A model generated the notes under the pieces. The model ran no database searches. It worked only from the letters and a program-made list of their open reading frames with translations, and was not told where the DNA came from. Source: Candidatus Levyibacteriota bacterium (lineage in GTDB: Bacteria > Patescibacteriota > Microgenomatia > Levybacterales > UBA12049). Taken from it: 64,000 nt of DNA. This document shows positions 56,077 to 64,000 of the stretch, in pieces. Numbering within the stretch: position 1 is the stretch's first letter; the number at the start of each line of letters is the position of its first letter. The stretch is from the NCBI GenBank assembly GCA_017991775.1, contig JAGOPV010000004.1, positions 2,847 through 66,846 of the forward strand. The letters are read 5' to 3'. The translations under genes and the position numbers were made by a program.

Positions 56077-58479
56077 TTATATATTGACTAAAGGACTTGC
56101 TTGGATATCGCTTACTAATTCAAGAAGTTCTTCTTTGCTGTCAAATTCTTCCAGCCACCCACTCATTAGATACGCTTGAGAAAATTCTGGTCGGGTCAAA
56201 AAAGATAAATTATTTGACAAAATAATTTCTGTGCGAAGGTTTTTATCCTCGATCAGATGACCTGCCAAGTACTTAACCATCTGAGTTCTTCGCTGAGACC
56301 CTTCTCCATCATTATTTGCGAACTTATTGACGAGGCCCTGCTTAAATTCTGCAATTTGCTCATCTCTTGTAGGAAGTTGAGACTTACCCATTGCAGCGAG
56401 AAAAAAGTCCTTTACCCCTGCAACAATTCGATGACTCTGGCGAAGGGACTCTTCGTTGAAATAATATTTTGGCTTATCTAACAACTCACTACCTACCTCA
56501 GACATCAGCTCCTCAATTGCTTCTGAGTCATCGATCAAACGCTCAATCTTATCCTTATTTTTCTCTACATAACTTCTGACACTCTTTGTCCATTCATCTT
56601 GGTACATATTTCGGTCAACTACATCTCCTTCATCAAGACCATATTTTATAAGATCTCTTGTGGCGACAAAATCATTCATCTGACTTATTGGAGTATGAGC
56701 ATAAACAGGAACTTCACCATCCGCACCAGTTGCTGAGCCATGGACGAATGGAAGAGGCTCACCTGAGCCCTGGACGCGGGAGAGAGAAGTTTTCTCTTTA
56801 GGAATATTTAAAGGCTCATCCCAATCATGCTTCTCGTTGAAGTAGTCAATAACTCCAGCAAAATCATGCATAACAAAACGCTCTTTTTTAATTTCTGGAC
56901 AAAGCCTTGTACCACGACCTTTTATTTGCTGATACGTAGTTGGATCAAAAATAGCACGAGCTAATACAATATTTTGAATTTCTGGAGCATTAAATCCTGT
57001 TGATAGCATGTCAACTGTGACAGCAACTCTTGGAAGCTTATTCTCTGGGTTGGCAAAATCTTTTGCAATATCATGAGCTCCTCTAACATTTGATGTCACA
57101 ACTTCCGCGAATCGTCCATTATATTCAGGCATCAAATCATTCAGTATCTTACTCAGCGCAACAGCATGGCTTTGAGATACCGCGAAAACTAGAGACTTTC
57201 CAATTTCACCATTTGGTGAACGGTCTGCGTAATCTAGAAATTCTTGCATCATTGCCATATTGCGCTTAGGAAAAAATACTTTTTGCTCTAGGTCGCGAAT
57301 TTTAAGACTTGTTCCCTCCTCCAGCTCAATGTCGTCAAGTTTTGTAATACCTTCTTCACTCAGAGCTTGGTATGTCAAAGACGTCTTAGCTTTTCTGTAC
57401 ACTGGTGAAATCAAGTAGCCAGCTTTTGATCCATCTTGGATCGTATAGCGGAATGTTGGCTGACCATCATCACATTCAAAATATCGATAGGTATCGCGCT
57501 GGATGCGGGCTTCTAGCTTGCGCGGGTCCTCAGACGAAAGCTTCTCAATATCGATATTTTTAAGAAAGTCTTTGGGAGTAGCGGTAAGTCCGACCTTTAT
57601 TGCGCCTACGAAATGATCTACTGCAGAGCGGGCCTCAGGGGTATAAATACTTCTGTGAGCCTCATCATGAATAATCAAATCAAAAGCACCAGGAGTAAAA
57701 TCTTTTTTTCCATGTAGTCCAAGAGATTGAATCGTTGCTATCACTACATTGCTTCCGGTCAGATTCTGACGCTTACCACCCCAATATATTCCAACCATCG
57801 ATATATGTCGCAAGATTCGCTCAAATTCTTGCTTGGTCTGAATTGCAAGTGACTGACGATCGACTATAAAAAGAACTCGACTAGCATTGTTGGTGCGTAA
57901 AAATTTACTGATAATGAGTCCAGCCAGCACTGTCTTCCCAGTACCTGTAGCCATCTCTAAAAGAAAGGCCCGCTTCTTCTTTTCATCGTACCCTTTAGCA
58001 ATCGCATCCCACGCATTGATTTGAAAATCCCGAAGCCTTATTTGATCAATAACGTCAATAAAATAATCCTCATTTACACTTTTCTGCATCAAGGGCTCAA
58101 CATTGCTCACGCGTCCAGCTGCCCTTCTTCGCTCTAAGTCACTCTGCGAAAAGAAACCACTATCGGATGGAATAGCATCGCCATGCCCAAGATCCCAAAA
58201 ATAAATCTTCTCGTCATTTGCGAGATAAATAAAATCAACTTGAGGATACTGAAGTTCTACATATGATCTAGCTTGATTTTTTGCAGTATATGGATCGATA
58301 TCATGCGATTTAGCCTCAATGATTGCGATAGGCATTCCCTTAGAGTCCTTAAGGACATAGTCTGAACGGCCCGCTGCTCCATGATCCTCAAAGATAACCT
58401 GAGAGCTATCCTCGATATCCCACCCAGCTTCGCGTAACTTACGATCAATTACTACCCTCGAAAATGATTCATTTACCAT
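56077..58479 (-). CDS. hsdR: Type I restriction enzyme R subunit (HsdR-like): N-terminal PD-(D/E)XK nuclease + SF2 DEAH helicase
   Basis: N-terminal DYVLKD...IIEAK nuclease motif, Walker A MATGTGKT, DEAH (HDEAHRS), motif VI QIKGRGTR; 800 aa, shorter than typical HsdR. Confidence 0.8.
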   Translation of the reverse strand: MVNESFSRVVIDRKLREAGWDIEDSSQVIFEDHGAAGRSDYVLKDSKGMPIAIIEAKSHDIDPYTAKNQARSYVELQYPQVDFIYLANDEKIYFWDLGHGDAIPSDSGFFSQSDLERRRAAGRVSNVEPLMQKSVNEDYFIDVIDQIRLRDFQINAWDAIAKGYDEKKKRAFLLEMATGTGKTVLAGLIISKFLRTNNASRVLFIVDRQSLAIQTKQEFERILRHISMVGIYWGGKRQNLTGSNVVIATIQSLGLHGKKDFTPGAFDLIIHDEAHRSIYTPEARSAVDHFVGAIKVGLTATPKDFLKNIDIEKLSSEDPRKLEARIQRDTYRYFECDDGQPTFRYTIQDGSKAGYLISPVYRKAKTSLTYQALSEEGITKLDDIELEEGTSLKIRDLEQKVFFPKRNMAMMQEFLDYADRSPNGEIGKSLVFAVSQSHAVALSKILNDLMPEYNGRFAEVVTSNVRGAHDIAKDFANPENKLPRVAVTVDMLSTGFNAPEIQNIVLARAIFDPTTYQQIKGRGTRLCPEIKKERFVMHDFAGVIDYFNEKHDWDEPLNIPKEKTSLSRVQGSGEPLPFVHGSATGADGEVPVYAHTPISQMNDFVATRDLIKYGLDEGDVVDRNMYQDEWTKSVRSYVEKNKDKIERLIDDSEAIEELMSEVGSELLDKPKYYFNEESLRQSHRIVAGVKDFFLAAMGKSQLPTRDEQIAEFKQGLVNKFANNDGEGSQRRTQMVKYLAGHLIEDKNLRTEIILSNNLSFLTRPEFSQAYLMSGWLEEFDSKEELLELVSDIQASPLVNI

Positions 58480-58631
58480 ATTACTATGCTTATTATACTC
58501 CTCCTATAGGGTTTTATAAAGCTGAGGGAGATCCTAAAACAAAGTTCTCCCGGATTAATCGGTATTCAGGTTGACATCATAACTATTTACTAACTTCTAG
58601 TTACTAGCTCCTAATCTGATATACTTCACAA

Positions 58632-58704
58632 CAGTTCTTTGACATTCTGTTACGTTACTCCCCCACGACTTTGTGGAAGGAGCGAAATTCAAAAGGAGTT
58701 GGTC
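58632..58704 (+). promoter_or_regulatory. Conserved leader/promoter module, copy 1 of 2 (CAGTTCTTTGACATTCTGTTACGTTACTCCCCCACGACTTTGTGGAAGGAG)
   Basis: About 55-nt block about 90% identical to 59332-59390; -10-like element just upstream in both copies. Confidence 0.55.
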
Positions 58705-59226
58705 ATGTTCCAAACTGCAGGAGAATTAACAATCCAAGACGTGAGTGTAGCTATTTTGGCTGCAATCATAACGCTCTTCTGTGTTTGCTACTTAAGCAAG
58801 TACACTTTGTTCTTGGCGATGCTTGGCTATATTGCAATCATCTCCATGATTGCAGGTGACATCGCTGAGCAATTTAGTCAAAGCAGTCAAACAACTGCCC
58901 TCGCGATACTGATCGCGGCATTCTGCTTCGAAATTCTTTTTATTGCGACCCCCATCAGTAAAAAAAAGTACGATGAGGTTGCGAAGGAGGCGATGGAGTT
59001 CCGTGCGATCATTGCTGCTCATGAAGCACGCAGGCAGCTAGATCGCAAAGAAGCGCCTATCAAATATATTCAAGATCTCAGGGTACCACATGCACTAAAC
59101 AGTGAATTCTGGAAACTCATAGAAGAGGAGTTCCGGAATTTAAACATAAGGATCACCTCCACCTCTGTGGAGAAGCTCGGAAGAACTCTTACCTTCGCCA
59201 ATGAGGTCACACCCAAAACATCGTAA
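58705..59226 (+). CDS. Small membrane protein, pair paralog 1 (3 TM + cytoplasmic domain)
   Basis: ATG at 58705 preceded by AAAGGAG RBS; ORF track start 58639 is a TTG inside the conserved leader. Confidence 0.55.
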   Translation: MFQTAGELTIQDVSVAILAAIITLFCVCYLSKYTLFLAMLGYIAIISMIAGDIAEQFSQSSQTTALAILIAAFCFEILFIATPISKKKYDEVAKEAMEFRAIIAAHEARRQLDRKEAPIKYIQDLRVPHALNSEFWKLIEEEFRNLNIRITSTSVEKLGRTLTFANEVTPKTS

Positions 59227-59244
59227 CAGCTTAGATCATCACCT

Positions 59245-59278
59245 CCCCGTTTCGCCACTTGGCAGACGGGGATTTTTT
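59245..59278 (+). terminator. Rho-independent terminator (conserved module)
   Basis: CCCCGTTTCGCCACTTGGCAGACGGGG then TTTTTT. Confidence 0.8.
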
Positions 59279-59331
59279 ATACTCACGTCTACAGACTTGT
59301 CGCAAGATTGATGAATAGACTATAATTCCCC

Positions 59332-59406
59332 TCAGTTCTTTGACATTCTGTTACGTTGCTCCCCCACAACTTTGTGGAGGGAGAGAAAATTCGAAAGGAG
59401 TAACTC
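59332..59406 (+). promoter_or_regulatory. Conserved leader/promoter module, copy 2 (TATAAT 59321-59326 just upstream)
   Basis: CAGTTCTTTGACATTCTGTTACGTTGCTCCCCCACAACTTTGTGGAGGGAG. Confidence 0.55.
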
Positions 59407-59937
59407 ATGTGCCTTTCTCTCATTGAAATCTATCTGCTCATTGGAACAGTTGGACTGTTGAGCATTGCATTTGCAATCTGGACATTTGGCGGAAACGACA
59501 TGTCTCCGATACTACTCACTTGCATTGTAGTACTTACCTTGATGATCTTCATCAGGGGGTACCTGAACGAGCTGACTCTCGCACCAATCTTTGTGATGTC
59601 ATTGCTCATATGCATTATCACAATGATTCAGTTCCAGAAATCGTCGCCGCTCATGCCTCGAAAAGAGGTCCATGCATTCACTGTCGCTACGATCACACGT
59701 CGAGCCAAGCACACAGCAGAGCAACTGATGAGTCAAATGGATCCAGATGAAGAACACTTTGAAATCCACATAAGTACAGCTGGGGTTCCATGGAGACTCA
59801 CGGATCTATTCATCTCAGAAGTTGCAACGGAATTTTCCAAACACAGGCTATCTCTCTCATCACTTGAGAGAGCAAAAAACGGTCGTCAAGTGGTACTTGA
59901 ACGAATACCAACCAGAATGATGAGGACCAACGAGTAA
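59407..59937 (+). CDS. Small membrane protein, pair paralog 2
   Basis: 176 aa; 3 TM + cytoplasmic domain; AAAGGAG RBS. Confidence 0.55.
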   Translation: MCLSLIEIYLLIGTVGLLSIAFAIWTFGGNDMSPILLTCIVVLTLMIFIRGYLNELTLAPIFVMSLLICIITMIQFQKSSPLMPRKEVHAFTVATITRRAKHTAEQLMSQMDPDEEHFEIHISTAGVPWRLTDLFISEVATEFSKHRLSLSSLERAKNGRQVVLERIPTRMMRTNE

Positions 59938-60006
59938 GCAACGTCTACTCCTTAGGAGAACATCTGGCCCAACATCACCTTCGTAACAGAAACAGATTCC
60001 ACACCT

Positions 60007-60041
60007 CCCCGTTTCGCCATTTGGCAGACGGGGATTTTTTT
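60007..60041 (+). terminator. Rho-independent terminator (conserved module)
   Basis: CCCCGTTTCGCCATTTGGCAGACGGGG then TTTTTTT. Confidence 0.8.
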
Positions 60042-60339
60042 AAGAAAAAATGATGAGGCCAACCACGATCACTGCATCCAGAAGACAGATTGATAAATTA
60101 CCGATGATGAGTGGCAATTGTTTTTTAAAAATACCATACAGCATCCAAAGACCGGAAAGAATGGTATAAGACCCCCACGTCAAAAGCGAGACACCCGCGA
60201 CATTATGATCAACCCAGACACTAATGAGCTGTGGGATTGTGACGATTATCGAAAAGAAGACAATAGGATAAATTGCGTAGTCAAAAAAGCCTTTTTTGAT
60301 TTTTCTAGCTTTTGCTTTTCGATGAGGAGGTATGACCAT
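60040..60339 (-). CDS. SemiSWEET / PQ-loop (MtN3-like) 3-TM sugar transporter
   Basis: 99 aa, three TM helices, PQ motif in TM1 (TIPQLISVW). Confidence 0.55.
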   Translation of the reverse strand: MVIPPHRKAKARKIKKGFFDYAIYPIVFFSIIVTIPQLISVWVDHNVAGVSLLTWGSYTILSGLWMLYGIFKKQLPLIIGNLSICLLDAVIVVGLIIFS

Positions 60340-60451
60340 ATAATAACGATATCATAGTTAGGGATTAGGAAATAGGAGCTAGGAATTAGTTTAAAAAAAG
60401 AGCGGTCCGATAAATGAATATCGGACCGCTAAGAACAGACACTGGGTCCTT

Positions 60452-61057
60452 TCACGCCGACCTCAGCCTCGCTTCCATGATCTGCATCATGAAGTTTGCA
60501 AGCCGATGCCCCAATTCGTTGACGGCATTCTGCCCGACAGATTCTGTCATGCAGATATCTCGGTCCTTAAAGCCCATATCTCGAAGAGCATCTGGTGTTG
60601 GCGACAGCCACGAAATCCTGTGATAAATCCCTTGACCTGGATTCTTCATGACCGAGCACTTGAGCTTGAAATGGAAGACACCTGGGATCAGGGCTGGATG
60701 GACCGGATTGAGATCGACCACGTTCTGGACGTCTTGCGAGTCCAAAAATATGACCGAACATGCGAGCCCATCCAAATTGACACCAAGAAAGTGAGCAAGC
60801 ATATCCGAAGCGTCATCGTTCTGCAACGAGATCCTGACTTCGTCAATGGAAGTCTCACTTAGATGCATGTTGACGCGCCCTATGAGCTCTCGCTCTGCTC
60901 GAAGGAACCCTTCGATTCGGCGCACAAACGCCCGCCTGGCAAGAGCCTCGGACAGGCGAGCCAGCCTGCGTGCGATTGGATTCTGAGGCGAGGACAACCT
61001 CACCTCGGACTCGTAATTCGGAACGAGCTTCTCCTCGTGAGGATTACAGGTCAGCAT
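60452..61057 (-). CDS. Hypothetical protein on GC-rich (~50%+) island
   Basis: 201 aa ORF, composition strongly deviates from flanks. Confidence 0.45.
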   Translation of the reverse strand: MLTCNPHEEKLVPNYESEVRLSSPQNPIARRLARLSEALARRAFVRRIEGFLRAERELIGRVNMHLSETSIDEVRISLQNDDASDMLAHFLGVNLDGLACSVIFLDSQDVQNVVDLNPVHPALIPGVFHFKLKCSVMKNPGQGIYHRISWLSPTPDALRDMGFKDRDICMTESVGQNAVNELGHRLANFMMQIMEARLRSA

Positions 61058-61180
61058 GATGTCTCCTTGTTTTAAAAAGGGCTAGCTCGCAAAGACGCGT
61101 GTCTAAGCAGGCAAAAATGTCACAAGCGACACTTTGTGGAGAGATTGTAGCAAAAAGAGGACAATGACTCAACTATAGGA

Positions 61181-62866
61181 CTACCAAGAACCCCCACCCC
61201 CACCGCCTCCTCCACCGCCTGAGGATCCACCAGAGAATCCAGAGGATGAAGATGGAGCTGTCGTCGTCACATTAGAACTTGCTGCTGAGTGGAAAAGTGG
61301 ATACATCGCATAAAAAGTTCCATTGCCTCGATACCAAGACGGCTCATACTCAGGCTTTAGGATCTTTAGTTCTTTCATATACTGATCGATCAATCCTAGC
61401 GCCATCGCATACGGAATCATGCTCTCAAGAAATATGAAGTTCTTTGTCTGCCAGACATTATATCTATTAGTCGCTTTCAAGAATATCTTCAACCCATCTA
61501 TCTTCCAGTCCATCTCATCGCCCGCTGCCGTTCGTCCATTGAGATTGCGATAGAGCCAGAAAAGAACGACTGCCAAGATAACAGCGCCAAATGAGAGTGA
61601 CATAATCCCAAAAACTAGACAGGCTGACTTTTGTGACTTAGGATTTTTGATGAAAAACTTCCTTGCGATGAGTGCATCGAAATTCTTTTTCTCAAGATCG
61701 GTAAAATCTGTGTATGTTAATTTTGCAGCCTTCAATGTCGTTGTCTTTTGCCCACTAAATAATGCTGACATCAATGCTATTTCAAAAGCATTGAGACCAT
61801 CGGTATCTCTTAATTTTGTTAGTGTGAAGTCCTGACTTTTCCCAAGCCCCAACTTCGTCTTTTTCTCTGTCCCCTCGATCTTAATATATTTTCTAATCGC
61901 AAGATCAAAAATAGTTGCCACGATATCTTCCTTATCTAACTTTGTATTATCAATTGTACCCGCCTCTGCTGGACTGATCCTCTCACCCTTTGGATGCTCT
62001 GGAGTATCAAAATTTACAGTTGGTGGACCAAATTTTTTCTTATTTCTCTTTTTGTGATGCCAGTAGATAAGGTACGGTGCTAGGATAAAATTCAGAAAAA
62101 TAAAAATGGTCCCTGCAATAAGCATGAATGCTTTCAGATCTGGATCTGTTGGCATCGACTTTTGGAGTGTGCTCTTTGGAAATGTGCCGACTGGAAATGA
62201 AGAGACCAGAGTGAGCCCAGCTGAGGCAGGCAGGAAAGCTGATGTAGCAACACTTGCTGATCCGTTATTCAAGACGACCTTGCAGTTACTTTCTGTGGAG
62301 CCTGCGATACCTGTAAAACAGAGGGTCTTACTGACCTGAGCACCAAAATCTGTAGTCAATTGCACTGATGCAGAAGAGATCGGGACTTCCCATCCATTTC
62401 CCGTTACATTCCAATAGATTTCGTCATGATCCTCATAATTACTACCAATTCCATTTTTGACAGTATAATTTATCTCATACAAATGTGGTCCCGAGATAGT
62501 CTTGTCTTTATCCCCGATCTTTATCTCAACTTGATCTCCTGAACTATCCAATGAATATGGCTCACGCTCTCCATCTCTTTTAATATCTGTAAATCTGATA
62601 TCGACCACTCGATAAAGATCGCCAACGCGCGATACCAGTGGAACATAACGATAGATACCATGACGATACTTACTTCCAAAACTATACTCAATCTTCTCCT
62701 GCACTTTGATATCACCATTCTTCTGTGCCTGCATCGTAACATCAAATTTATTGATGAACTCCTGAGCATGCGCCTTTTGAGCAAAGATGAATAAGAGGCT
62801 AAAAACAAGTAGCATCAGCCAAAGACTGATCGTCCTTTGGACGAGGAGTGAAAAAAATTTCTTCAT
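61181..62866 (-). CDS. DUF2207-family membrane protein with poly-Gly C-terminal tail
   Basis: Signal peptide (start set at MKKFFSLL), large extracytoplasmic domain, TM helices, C-terminal SGGSSGGGGGGGGGGSW. Confidence 0.6.
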   Translation of the reverse strand: MKKFFSLLVQRTISLWLMLLVFSLLFIFAQKAHAQEFINKFDVTMQAQKNGDIKVQEKIEYSFGSKYRHGIYRYVPLVSRVGDLYRVVDIRFTDIKRDGEREPYSLDSSGDQVEIKIGDKDKTISGPHLYEINYTVKNGIGSNYEDHDEIYWNVTGNGWEVPISSASVQLTTDFGAQVSKTLCFTGIAGSTESNCKVVLNNGSASVATSAFLPASAGLTLVSSFPVGTFPKSTLQKSMPTDPDLKAFMLIAGTIFIFLNFILAPYLIYWHHKKRNKKKFGPPTVNFDTPEHPKGERISPAEAGTIDNTKLDKEDIVATIFDLAIRKYIKIEGTEKKTKLGLGKSQDFTLTKLRDTDGLNAFEIALMSALFSGQKTTTLKAAKLTYTDFTDLEKKNFDALIARKFFIKNPKSQKSACLVFGIMSLSFGAVILAVVLFWLYRNLNGRTAAGDEMDWKIDGLKIFLKATNRYNVWQTKNFIFLESMIPYAMALGLIDQYMKELKILKPEYEPSWYRGNGTFYAMYPLFHSAASSNVTTTAPSSSSGFSGGSSGGGGGGGGGGSW

Positions 62867-62970
62867 TAAGAGTATTCTAACATTTCTTGTACTCCTTTTG
62901 AGCAAGATTTTGTAAAAAAAGCGGCGGACACTCCCAATGAGGGAATGCCGCCGCAGAAAATGACTGAAAA

Positions 62971-63666
62971 CTATTCCCACACTGCCGTGCTAGCGAGAAA
63001 GTCGCTAACATGACTTGCGAGAGATGTCTCCAGATCCTTCTCTCCCTTGTAGTAAATGTGATGAATCGAATTTAGTCGCTCTGGCGCCCAAGTTGAGCTT
63101 ACAAGAATATGGCACGACTTTCGCACCATCCTCTTTACGACGAGATGGCCATACTTTGGAAGAACTTCTTCCATTTTCCGTCGAGCATCCTCAACGGAAA
63201 ACTCAAAGAAATAGTCGATCTCCCTGCCCTTGACAGTAATTCTAAGGAAGTGAGCCATCTCAGGACGGTTGATTGAGATCTCCATCTCACCGATCTTCCA
63301 GGCAATTGACGTTTCGCCTACTGAGGCGCGGAACATCGCGATGTAAAAATCGAATGGACCGCAGAGCTTTAGAACTGTCCCGTCTTGTTGTTTAATTCCA
63401 ACTTGATGTCGATTGACAACGAGATAGGCCAGATTCCCAGATCTTCCTGCCTCACGGAATGGATAAATGAGGCAAGCCGGCCAGAATTTCTCCTCATCGA
63501 GCTCTTGGTCTAGTAACAACCGAATGGAATTTCGATAATCCTCCCTCTCCTGGAATGTCAGGCTAGATAGGTCCTCTTGTAGAAGGATTAGGAGAGCCCT
63601 AATCCTATCCACGACCAGATCTAATTTCAGAGCATTCACGTTGCTTGGTACCATCCAGACCTCCAT
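62971..63666 (-). CDS. Hypothetical protein (GC-richer)
   Basis: 231 aa ORF, no motif recognised. Confidence 0.4.
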   Translation of the reverse strand: MEVWMVPSNVNALKLDLVVDRIRALLILLQEDLSSLTFQEREDYRNSIRLLLDQELDEEKFWPACLIYPFREAGRSGNLAYLVVNRHQVGIKQQDGTVLKLCGPFDFYIAMFRASVGETSIAWKIGEMEISINRPEMAHFLRITVKGREIDYFFEFSVEDARRKMEEVLPKYGHLVVKRMVRKSCHILVSSTWAPERLNSIHHIYYKGEKDLETSLASHVSDFLASTAVWE

Positions 63667-63780
63667 CCTTCATCAATGTCTTACAACACAGAACTCCCGT
63701 GCTGCATTAGATTGTGTGAAGCGCCCCTCACAAGCGGAAACTGAGGCTGATAGTAGCAAATTATAGGATGTAAGTAAAGA

Positions 63781-64000
63781 TTAGAATTCGAAGGATTCGC
63801 CAAGCTTGGGAAGGATGATGTCGTTGATCTTTAGATCTGACTTGATCTTGGCAGCTAGTGCTGTTCTTTGAGGATCTTCACCGTGAATGAGGAATACTTT
63901 CTGAACACCCTTCATCGACTTGAGCCAATTCATCAGCTTTGGCTGATCTGCATGAGATGAGAATGACTCGATCTGTCTGATGTGTGCACGCACAGTTACA
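63781..64000 (-). CDS. MBL-fold beta-CASP family ribonuclease (RNase J/CPSF-like), C-terminal fragment; N-terminus beyond window
   Basis: SFSSHADQ (beta-CASP motif C His) and LIHGE C-terminal pattern. Confidence 0.55.
   Translation of the reverse strand, partial: VTVRAHIRQIESFSSHADQPKLMNWLKSMKGVQKVFLIHGEDPQRTALAAKIKSDLKINDIILPKLGESFEF

Overview
Low-GC (~35-40%) bacterial chromosomal segment, densely coded, standard genetic code (TAA, TAG and TGA all seen as stops), with short islands of clearly higher GC (~50%+). Note that the supplied ORF track allows non-ATG starts: 58639 is TTG. Housekeeping genes recognised from motifs: a partial RluA pseudouridine synthase, lgt, an MFS transporter, efp, a NIF3 protein, tRNA-Leu(CAA), a HIT protein, dnaB, an M24 aminopeptidase, hisS, an EamA transporter, rpmE, prfA (RF1), a KefB-like antiporter, the rpsF-ssb-rpsR operon, ychF, a CtpA S41 protease, msrB/msrA, trhO, and a partial beta-CASP RNase at the 3' edge. 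Accessory content: (1) a minus-strand defence operon at 51.0-58.5 kb (HsdR, a fused HsdM-HsdS, then a HEPN-like ORF, a Cas4-like PD-(D/E)XK Fe-S nuclease, a stand-alone FtsK-gamma winged-helix protein and two small unknowns); (2) an extracytoplasmic flavinylation / electron-transfer locus (membrane FNR-like reductase, ApbE, FMN-binding protein); (3) a MarR-controlled redox-repair cluster (fasciclin, a CcdA/DsbD-thioredoxin fusion, MsrB, distal MsrA); (4) two arrays of tandem, fast-diverging small membrane-protein genes whose promoter/leader and terminator flanks are better conserved than the ORFs (34.5-36.4 kb x3; 58.6-60.05 kb x2); (5) a structured ~130-nt element present twice (16.63-16.82 kb, 34.31-34.52 kb); (6) a DNA-metabolism cluster (DnaQ-like exonuclease, bacterial topoisomerase IB, Pif1-like helicase) carrying an 8-nt repeat over the helicase start and a 7-nt TAGGAAC array; (7) dispersed CTAG-rich and GCCATTTG intergenic motifs, long perfect palindromes, and a cell-wall remodelling cluster (alpha/beta hydrolase, L,D-transpeptidase, C39-like peptidase-TPR, class A beta-lactamase-like). 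No rRNA or CRISPR array found.
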